A DNA stretch of 32,000 bases from an archaeon (GTDB lineage: Archaea > Iainarchaeota > Iainarchaeia > Iainarchaeales > CSSED10-239): contig DAOOUC010000001.1 of NCBI GenBank assembly GCA_035390665.1, positions 1-32,000 of the forward strand, written 5' to 3'. Position 1 is the stretch's first letter. Each line of letters opens with the position of its first letter. The notes under the pieces were generated by a model. That model ran no database searches, was not told the DNA's origin, and worked only from the letters and a program-made list of their open reading frames with translations. The translations under genes were made by a program, and so were the position numbers. Of the stretch, positions 26,259-32,000 are shown piece after piece.

Positions 26259-27215
26259 TTAATCTAATCTGTCTAATATGGTTAATGAATCTTTATCTAG
26301 TTTTGAAAATGCAACCCATCTTTTGCCAAGATCTTTAATGGATGCACCTAAATGATATATTTCTTTTTTATCAAGAATTAAAAAACGATCATGGCTTTTA
26401 GTAAAGTGCTTTAGTTTAATATTTGAATATTGATTGTTATATTTCTCCAAATCAAGTTTAAGTTTTTCTGTAATTTTATCTGTATATATTGTAATTTCTA
26501 TATTTTTTAGATTTGAAAATAGCACAAGAACTGATTCATCTATGTAGTTATCTATAAGAATTATTGATTTATTTGCATTTTTAAAAAGATTATTAATAAA
26601 TAGGTAAGCGTCAAATATTTGACCATCATAAAAAACACCTTGTGTTTTTAACACACTTTTATTTGAAATTGCATCAAATATCTTTTCTACTTTTTTATCA
26701 GTTTCTATTTGTTTGTTTTCTAAATTATCTACTCTTACAAACAAATCAGCATTTTTGTGTATTAATTGCCTCATAGAAATAAAGGCACGCATTATGTAAA
26801 TATTTATCAATATTGCCCTTTTACTTTTTAAAACTCCAGAAAGCATTGCTATGCCTTGTTCAGTAAAAACGAATGGAAGTTTACGTTTCCCGCCCCATTC
26901 TAAACTTGAAGTCACAAATTGTGACTTCAAGATTTTTGAGTTTTGGTTTGAGATTGCAAATTGTGACATCAAACGATTATCATCAATACTAGCATTTTCA
27001 GTTAATTCCATCAGAATTTCAAATTCCTTAGAAGTTAATTGAAACATAAAATCTTCAGGAAATCTATCACTGTTTCTCTTAACGGCCTGATTCAATACTT
27101 TAGTAGGGACACCATAAAGTTCTGCAAGATCGCTGTCAAGCATTACTTTTGTGTTTCTTACCGTGTGTATTTTACTAGTTAAGTTTTCTACAAGTACTAA
27201 ATTATCTGAAGTCAT
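26259..27215 (-). CDS. ORF6N domain protein (KilA-N/Bro-N superfamily DNA-binding protein)
   Basis: 318 aa. VRNTKVMLDSDLAELYGVPTKVLNQAVKRNSDRFPEDFMFQLT and WGGKRKLPFVFTEQGIAMLSGVLKS are the ORF6N signature. The C-terminal IILIDNYIDESVL..HDRFLILD..YHLGASIKDLGKRWVAFSKL matches the usual C-terminal domain of this family. Confidence 0.85.
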   Translation of the reverse strand: MTSDNLVLVENLTSKIHTVRNTKVMLDSDLAELYGVPTKVLNQAVKRNSDRFPEDFMFQLTSKEFEILMELTENASIDDNRLMSQFAISNQNSKILKSQFVTSSLEWGGKRKLPFVFTEQGIAMLSGVLKSKRAILINIYIMRAFISMRQLIHKNADLFVRVDNLENKQIETDKKVEKIFDAISNKSVLKTQGVFYDGQIFDAYLFINNLFKNANKSIILIDNYIDESVLVLFSNLKNIEITIYTDKITEKLKLDLEKYNNQYSNIKLKHFTKSHDRFLILDKKEIYHLGASIKDLGKRWVAFSKLDKDSLTILDRLD

Positions 27216-27221
27216 AAATAT

Positions 27222-27424
27222 ATATTGTTTTCAAAAAAAGGCATTGTTTTCGGGGGGGTAGCTGTCCAGTGCAATCTACTGTTTTCTGGTGGGTAATCTG
27301 CCCGATTGTGTGTTATTCTAATGGTGCTCCTTTAAAAAATTGCTTTACACAAATTTTTGGCTTCTATAAAACCAGACAGTAGAATAACCGGTTTTGCCAG
27401 AGATCGGTTGGTAGAGTGCCCGGT
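27222..27424. other. extended GC-rich conserved intergenic element, copy 3 (candidate structured RNA or cis-regulatory module)
   Basis: Contains the block TTTTCGGGGGGGTAGCTGTCCAGTGCA (27246-27272), TTGTGTGTTATTCTA (27305-27319) and CTCCTTTAAAAAAT (27326-27339). It also has two related 20-mers (27287-27306 and 27405-24, 15/20 identical) and an 11-bp long-range complement (27275-27289 with 27370-27381). Confidence 0.8.
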
Positions 27425-28705
27425 TTATTTTTGAGATAATAGCCACTGATATAATGGAATATAATATATTGTATTTTTGCCAAGCTTTTCTTCTTTAGAT
27501 AGATCTTTAGTAATTATTGTGCCTTTATCTATATTTAATGAAGCCATAGCTTCTAGAAGACCATTTATTTCTCTATCTTTTGTAGAGTCATTAAAATCAA
27601 AACAAACTTGTATTGCTTCTACTTTGTTATTAGTTACGGCAATAAAATCACATTCGCTTTTACCTTTAAAATAGTAAACTTCTTTATTTTTTCTTTTTAG
27701 CTCAATAAAAACAAGATTTTCAAAATTCCAGCCATCGTTAGTGCCTGGTCTTTTAAGTAAACAATTAGAAAGACCTGTATCTATTACATAACATTTTTTA
27801 GGATTACTGTTTTGTTTTCTTTTTGAATTTGAATATATTGGTACAAAGAAAAAATACATTGTGTTATCTATATAATCTGAAAACAAATAAAGTGTGTCTT
27901 TACTTATTGCTCTATTTTGAGACTTTAAATAATTATAATAGCTATTTACTGAAAAACCCCTTGAGTTGTTATTTACTAAATACAAAAGTAAATCTTTAAC
28001 TATGTCTATTTGCTTTATGTTATATCTTTCTATAATGTCTCTAAAAATTAGAACATTAAAATAATTTTGTAGAACTTCGCACCTTATTTGTGAATCTATT
28101 GCTATTACTTCTGGAAAGCCCCCATTTGTTAGATAGTTTTCTAATTCTCTAACTAAGACATGCCTTTTAGAAGAATATATAGTTGTATTATCAACCTTAA
28201 TTCCCTTAAACTCTAAATATTCTATAAAACTAAAAGGATAAACATAAATATCATAGGTTCTACCTCTTAATTCTGTTGATATTTCTTTACTTAATAATTT
28301 TGCTGAAGAGCCAGTAATAAATATTTTACATCTCTCTTTGTCGTAAATTCTTCGTATAAATTTTTGCCAACCATCTACACTTTGAATTTCATCAAAGAAA
28401 AAATAAATTTCCTCACCTTTATTTTGAGGATATAACTCAAAGTAATAATCTAAAATCTTTTGAAAATCAGTTATATTAAAATCCGAAAGTCTTTCATCTT
28501 CAAAATTTAAATATATTATTTTATCTTTTGAGATATCTTTTAAATCATATATTATCTGATATAGCATACTTGTTTTACCTGATCTTCTTGGGCCAATTAT
28601 TGTAATTATCTTATTTATATCTGGTATTTTATAATATCTAGGCAATAATTTTTTTTCAGGACACCCTTCTAATAATATTACTTTAAATAATTCTTTGTCT
28701 AACAT
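27425..28705 (-). CDS. AAA+ ATPase (AAA_14 plus DUF4143 type, COG1373)
   Basis: Walker A (IIGPRRSGKTSMLYQ), Walker B (YFFFDEIQSV) and sensor region (IFITGSSAKLL), with a C-terminal DUF4143-like/restriction-endonuclease-like end (ECDFIAV...EAIQVC). The track start (28711) is GTG; the ATG at 28703-28705 is likelier. Confidence 0.85.
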   Translation of the reverse strand: MLDKELFKVILLEGCPEKKLLPRYYKIPDINKIITIIGPRRSGKTSMLYQIIYDLKDISKDKIIYLNFEDERLSDFNITDFQKILDYYFELYPQNKGEEIYFFFDEIQSVDGWQKFIRRIYDKERCKIFITGSSAKLLSKEISTELRGRTYDIYVYPFSFIEYLEFKGIKVDNTTIYSSKRHVLVRELENYLTNGGFPEVIAIDSQIRCEVLQNYFNVLIFRDIIERYNIKQIDIVKDLLLYLVNNNSRGFSVNSYYNYLKSQNRAISKDTLYLFSDYIDNTMYFFFVPIYSNSKRKQNSNPKKCYVIDTGLSNCLLKRPGTNDGWNFENLVFIELKRKNKEVYYFKGKSECDFIAVTNNKVEAIQVCFDFNDSTKDREINGLLEAMASLNIDKGTIITKDLSKEEKLGKNTIYYIPLYQWLLSQK

Positions 28706-28744
28706 AAACACACACCATAATATATTTAGTTACAAACACATTAA

Positions 28745-28802
28745 AAAGGTTTCCTTCTAAAAAGGAAAGATTTTACTAAAGGTTTCCTTCTAAAAAGGAA
28801 AG
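28745..28802. repeat. two 25-nt direct repeats, each a hairpin/palindrome (AAAGGTTTCCTTCTAAAAAGGAAAG)
   Basis: Exact copies at 28745-28769 and 28778-28802, 33 nt apart start to start. Each contains TTTCCTT-ctaaa-AAGGAAA. They lie between the stop of 28822..29490 and the AAA ATPase start. Confidence 0.85.
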
Positions 28803-28821
28803 GATTGAAAAAACATAAGAA

Positions 28822-29490
28822 TTATCTTCTTAGTTTAGATAATTCTGCATTTTCTCTTTTTAGATCATATATCATCTGAGCATAACCATGAGTCATTTCT
28901 GTTATTATGTGACTTGTTTGTTGAAGATCAGAAATTGTAACTGTGTATTTATCTGGTTTTAAGATTTCAACAGAAGTTGCCCCATAAAAGTAAATTAATC
29001 TAAATAAAGAACTTATATTTGGGCAACTAAGCTCTGCAGAAATAAAAGTAGAAAAAAGATCTTCATGAAGTATAATTTCAGCAATATCTAAAGAATATAT
29101 AGTATAAACTTCATCAGTTTTTAATGCAGAACTAATTTGCTCCATTGCTTTTCTTAAATCTCCTTTATCATTAGCTTTAGATTCAATTAAAATTGCAACC
29201 TTTATTTGGTTCTTATCAGTTTCTGCAATTTTCTTTTTTTCAGATAAACTTTCTTGAACTTCTTTAGATAAAGAGTACTTTATTGGGTATCCTTCCTTAG
29301 TTATTAACTTTAAAAACAACATATTTTTTAGAACCTTAATAAGTTCGTCATATTTTGCGCCAGGAATTGCAGACAATAACTCATCTTCGGTTTTAGAACC
29401 GTTTTTAAGTTCTTTGCCAACAAGGGTTTGTAACTCTTGTATTGCAACTCTTTCCTTTAATTGAGAGGATTCATAATCTAATTCAGTCAT
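28822..29490 (-). CDS. hypothetical protein, possible N-terminal winged-helix domain
   Basis: 222-aa ORF with ATG start. The N-terminal 80 aa have a wHTH-like helix/strand pattern (ELLSAIPGAKYDELIKVLKNMLFLKLITKEGYPIKYSL). The rest is unassigned. Confidence 0.5.
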   Translation of the reverse strand: MTELDYESSQLKERVAIQELQTLVGKELKNGSKTEDELLSAIPGAKYDELIKVLKNMLFLKLITKEGYPIKYSLSKEVQESLSEKKKIAETDKNQIKVAILIESKANDKGDLRKAMEQISSALKTDEVYTIYSLDIAEIILHEDLFSTFISAELSCPNISSLFRLIYFYGATSVEILKPDKYTVTISDLQQTSHIITEMTHGYAQMIYDLKRENAELSKLRR

Positions 29491-29561
29491 ATATTTTCAC
29501 ATTTAATATATAATTTATTAGAGATTAAGTATTTAAAAGGTTTATAATCTAGAAATAATAG

Positions 29562-29795
29562 ATGAACTACTTATATTTACTTACTGGAATTATACTAATA
29601 ATTGTTGCAATAATTATATTTGGATTATTAAAAAACATCTTACTAAATAGTATTCTAGGAGCACTTGGGTTTTTAGTTTGCTATTTTATATTTGGAATAA
29701 AACTTCCTTTATTACCAACAATAATAGTATCTTCCATTTTTGGACTAGCGGGCCTTGGAGCAATGCTTGTCTTAAGATTTTTTGGAATTTCTTAA
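29562..29795 (+). CDS. small membrane protein, BofA-like
   Basis: 77 aa with two to three TM helices. LLNSILGALGFLV...GIKLPLLPTIIVSSIFGLAGLGAML resembles the pro-sigmaK processing inhibitor BofA family pattern. Weak assignment. Confidence 0.4.
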   Translation: MNYLYLLTGIILIIVAIIIFGLLKNILLNSILGALGFLVCYFIFGIKLPLLPTIIVSSIFGLAGLGAMLVLRFFGIS

Positions 29796-29798
29796 AAA

Positions 29799-30065
29799 TC
29801 AAAAATAACCCTTATACCATTTTTCATATTGTGTATGATTTCCTACAAAAACAACTGTTCTTGTTTTTGTGATTTTATTTTCAAAAAATGCAATTCTGTA
29901 TTGCCCAACTTCTAAAATAAAAAAATTTACTTTATTAAAATGTCTAGCACAGATATCAAATTGTAATTTATTTATTTTTTTAAAAATGTGTTCTTGGATT
30001 GTTTGATCTAAATCATTAAAATAAATATCCCAATTATTATCAAAATTTATAGTCCATGTGCCCAT
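29799..30065 (-). CDS. type II toxin, RelE/ParE superfamily
   Basis: 88 aa. LDQTIQEHIFKKINKL ... ILEVGQYRIAFFENKITKTRTVVFVGNHTQYEKWY fits the RelE/ParE core (helix, then the G.YR[IL] beta-sheet, then the [IV]..[IV]G.H tail). Confidence 0.65.
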   Translation of the reverse strand: MGTWTINFDNNWDIYFNDLDQTIQEHIFKKINKLQFDICARHFNKVNFFILEVGQYRIAFFENKITKTRTVVFVGNHTQYEKWYKGYF

Positions 30066-30132
30066 AAAAATAGGAATAAATTAAAATATATAATAAAATG
30101 TAATTACAACTATTTTGGATAAATGAAAAAAA

Positions 30133-30408
30133 TTACTTCTTTTTTAACAAATGCTCGTGCTTTTTCATAACTTCTTCATAAGTTATGTATTTCTGATTAT
30201 TTGCTTTCATTTCTTTTTCTTTTTTCTTAAATGCAGCGATTAATTTTGGATCATTTATTTCTTTTATAGTATCTACTAGTTGATATTTATCATTCAATGT
30301 TAGAATGCTAATCTTTAAAGCATCAGTTTTGGATCTAGCAATACCTACTTCTACTGCTTTTTGTAATACTAATTCTGGAAACCCTTTAATTTCTACTGTT
30401 GTTCTCAT
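30133..30408 (-). CDS. putative antitoxin of the RelE-like toxin
   Basis: 91-aa ORF 67 nt upstream of the toxin on the same strand. It has an N-terminal beta-strand plus helices (MRTTVEIKGFPELVLQKAVEVGIARSKTDALKISIL) and a Lys-rich tail. The assignment rests on position and size only. Confidence 0.45.
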   Translation of the reverse strand: MRTTVEIKGFPELVLQKAVEVGIARSKTDALKISILTLNDKYQLVDTIKEINDPKLIAAFKKKEKEMKANNQKYITYEEVMKKHEHLLKKK

Positions 30409-30458
30409 GCATCAATTCACTATGTATTTAATGCACAGAAATATTTAAAAAATAATAG

Positions 30459-31322
30459 TTAAATGTTCCCTAAATAAACATTTTCTAAACCTTTGTCTTT
30501 TGCTATTTTTTCTGCAAGCTTTAAGGTTTCTATTTTGGTTGGAGTGATGTGTTTTAGACGATAATGTGGAAAAGATCTAGAAAAATGTAGAGGGATTTTT
30601 GGAGAAACAGAAACAATAAAGTCAACAACCTCTTCTATTTCTTCTTTTGAAGTATTATAATTTTCAATCAAAAGATTTGTTATCTCTATGTGAATGTTGT
30701 GGTTGTGTAGCTCTTTAATGTTTTCTTTAATGTGCTTTGTTTGTATGCCTGGAATTAAAGTATCATAAAATTTTTGTGCCCCTTTTAAATCAACATTAAT
30801 GGCATCTAAATATGGAAGAATATCTTTTAAATACTCTTTTGAAAAATAAGCATTACTTACAAAGATATTTTTTATACCTAACTTCTTTGTTTTTTTCATA
30901 ATATCTAATGCATAGTCTCCAAACACAGTTGGTTCTGTGTAAGTGTAAGAGATTGATGGACAATTATTTTCAAGAGCCATATTAATTATATCATCAGAAG
31001 TAAATTCCTTTAATTTAGATAAATCAATATTCTTGCTGTTTGAGATTGTGTGATTTTGACAAAATGCGCAATCAAAATTACAACCTGGTGTTCCAAAAGA
31101 AAGAGTTCTTGTTTTTGGTAAAAAATGATAAAGTGGCTTTTTTTCTATAGGATCAATATTAATAGAAATTGGCTTATTATAAACTAAAGAAAAAAGTTTT
31201 CCATCAATATTTTTTCTAACCTTACAAAAACCAGTTTCGTTTTCTCTAATAACACAAAAACGACAACATAGATTACACAAAACCTTATTATCATCAAGAG
31301 ATTTAAAATATTTTGATAACAT
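30459..31322 (-). CDS. amrS: AmmeMemoRadiSam-system radical SAM enzyme (PflA-like activase family)
   Basis: 287 aa. N-terminal Cys cluster (CNLCCRFCVIRENETGFCKVRKN), canonical CxxxCxxC (GCNFDCAFCQNH) and ISYTYTEPTVF, as in AmrS-type radical SAM proteins. Confidence 0.85.
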   Translation of the reverse strand: MLSKYFKSLDDNKVLCNLCCRFCVIRENETGFCKVRKNIDGKLFSLVYNKPISINIDPIEKKPLYHFLPKTRTLSFGTPGCNFDCAFCQNHTISNSKNIDLSKLKEFTSDDIINMALENNCPSISYTYTEPTVFGDYALDIMKKTKKLGIKNIFVSNAYFSKEYLKDILPYLDAINVDLKGAQKFYDTLIPGIQTKHIKENIKELHNHNIHIEITNLLIENYNTSKEEIEEVVDFIVSVSPKIPLHFSRSFPHYRLKHITPTKIETLKLAEKIAKDKGLENVYLGNI

Positions 31323-31354
31323 AAAAAAAAGAAAAAATAAGATTAATTAAAATC

Positions 31355-32000
31355 TTATCTTGGTCTTAGGAAGAAAAAATAACCTACTGCTCCAATAACA
31401 ACTAAAATTCCACCAATTATTGTTACTACTCCGCCTGGGCTACTTGCAAAACCTGCAAAACCTGTTAAGCCACTTGGACTTGGAGTTTCAGCAATTGGAG
31501 TTTCTTCTAATTGAGTAGTTTCAATAGGGGTTTCAACAACAGGGGTTAATGTTTCTCCATTACCTGCATTTGTATTTTCTGGAACAGGTTGTGGTTGTTC
31601 AACTACTGGTTCTGAAACTACTGGAGTCTCTTGAACAGGAGCTTCTGCTGGTTCAACAACCTCGGTAACTGGAGTTGGTCTAATTCTTCTTCCACCGCCT
31701 CCACCTGTTGTTGCAGGAGCAATTACATTAACTGTTCTTGTAACTTCTATTGCGCCATTACCTGCTCTGTCTTTAACATTATATGTTATTGTATATGTTC
31801 CTACTGTTGTTGTATCTACTGGATTAACTGTTATTACAACGTCTGTGATATCTCCGTCTACATCGTCTGTGGCGGTTACACCTGCGTCTGTGTATGTTTC
31901 TCCTAAAGTTACATTAACTGTTGCATCGCCTAATAATGTTATTACTGGTGCAACTTCATCTACTGGTGGTACTGGTGGTTCTATCATTTTTGGAAAGACT
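31355..32000 (-). CDS. cell-surface protein, partial (DUF5011 Ig-like domain, Pro/Thr/Glu linker, C-terminal TM anchor)
   Basis: PVITLLGDATVNVTLGETYTDAGVTATDDVDGDITD..VGTYTITYNVKDRAGNGAIEVTRTVNV is the DUF5011 pattern. It is followed by a PT/E-rich spacer and GGVVTIIGGILVVIGAVGYFFFLRPR (TM helix plus basic tail). The reading frame stays open upstream of the listed Met to the window edge, so the gene probably continues beyond 32000. Confidence 0.75.
   Translation of the reverse strand, partial: VFPKMIEPPVPPVDEVAPVITLLGDATVNVTLGETYTDAGVTATDDVDGDITDVVITVNPVDTTTVGTYTITYNVKDRAGNGAIEVTRTVNVIAPATTGGGGGRRIRPTPVTEVVEPAEAPVQETPVVSEPVVEQPQPVPENTNAGNGETLTPVVETPIETTQLEETPIAETPSPSGLTGFAGFASSPGGVVTIIGGILVVIGAVGYFFFLRPR

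Noticed and set aside
17921-27272. The GC-rich block as a tRNA 5' half or a tRNA-derived att site. GGGGGGG-TA-GCTG superficially resembles acceptor stem plus U8/A9 plus the start of the D-arm; TTGGTAGAG at 27407-27415 resembles a D-loop.
   Set aside because: I could not build a cloverleaf. The would-be D-stem partner (CAGT) leaves a 2-nt loop. No anticodon arm, no T-arm (GTTCRANYC) and no 3' acceptor complement follow in any copy. A split- or permuted-tRNA origin is not fully excluded and should be checked with tRNAscan-SE or SPLITS.
21255-27424. The GC-rich intergenic elements as SRP RNA, RNase P RNA, C/D-box or H/ACA sRNA, or a hammerhead ribozyme
   Set aside because: None of the diagnostic motifs is present. 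That covers the SRP helix-8 GGAAGGGAGCA-type motif, RNase P GAGGAAAGUCC and ACAGAA, C/D boxes RUGAUGA and CUGA, and the hammerhead CUGAUGA...GAAA core in proper context.
1488-28711. N-terminal extensions in the ORF track that begin at GTG or TTG (1523, 4225, 8025, 17635, 17850, 21246, 28711)
   Set aside because: In most of these cases the GTG or TTG is part of a GGTGA/TGGTGA Shine-Dalgarno-like motif, and an ATG follows 3-5 codons downstream at canonical spacing. I therefore trimmed the starts to the ATG.
28745-28802. The direct repeats as a CRISPR array
   Set aside because: There are only two repeat units, the 8-nt 'spacer' is far too short, and there are no cas genes. A terminator or operator interpretation fits better.
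17309-30408. Calling the 17.3-30.4 kb region a bona fide integrated mobile element or provirus
   Set aside because: No integrase, transposase, capsid, terminase or tRNA target gene is present. The three GC-rich direct repeats could be att-like, but that is only one of several explanations. The stretch also embeds likely core genes (the putative S-layer gene and the secretion ATPase).
26851-31906. Antisense ORFs 26851..27042, 27477..27674, 29678..29872 and 31631..31906
   Set aside because: Same reasoning: they are shadows of the ORF6N, AAA ATPase, BofA-like/RelE and surface-protein genes. 31631..31906 is Cys/Ser/Asn-rich nonsense opposite the DUF5011 region.

Overview
AT-rich, very gene-dense archaeal window. 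Most genes are on the minus strand, spacers are short, and SD-like GGTGA/GGAGG motifs sit just upstream of many starts. The gene content (topo VI, MCM, RPA, aIF-1A/aIF-2beta, RIO kinase, KH/Dim2-like protein, DUF424, presenilin-like protease, a DUF5652-like mini membrane protein) suggests a small-genome, possibly DPANN-like archaeon; that placement is inference only. Positions 1-17.2 kb are mostly core: acetate kinase, uracil permease, topo VI A/B, the aIF2beta-DUF424-aIF1A-RIO-KH cluster, a CYTH-like/VIT1 fusion, presenilin homolog, MCM and RPA. Positions 17.3-30.4 kb look accessory: two toxin-antitoxin pairs, a long FlaI/VirB11-type ATPase, a DinD-like Bro-N protein, an ORF6N protein, two AAA+/DUF4143-type ATPases and a putative S-layer gene. 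The ORF track does not explain these signals: (1) a GC-rich 26-27 nt block occurs three times in direct orientation, each just upstream of a minus-strand accessory gene, and two copies share a longer, possibly structured element; (2) the order AAA ATPase -> GC-rich element -> KilA-N-superfamily gene occurs twice; (3) the hypothetical gene between MCM and RPA has one in-frame TAA followed by 110 stop-free codons with no start codon; (4) a degenerate copy of the S-layer gene 3' end lies 1.56 kb away and brackets one AAA ATPase cassette; (5) palindrome and direct-repeat arrays sit upstream of both AAA ATPase genes. I found no rRNA, convincing tRNA, CRISPR array, transposase or integrase.
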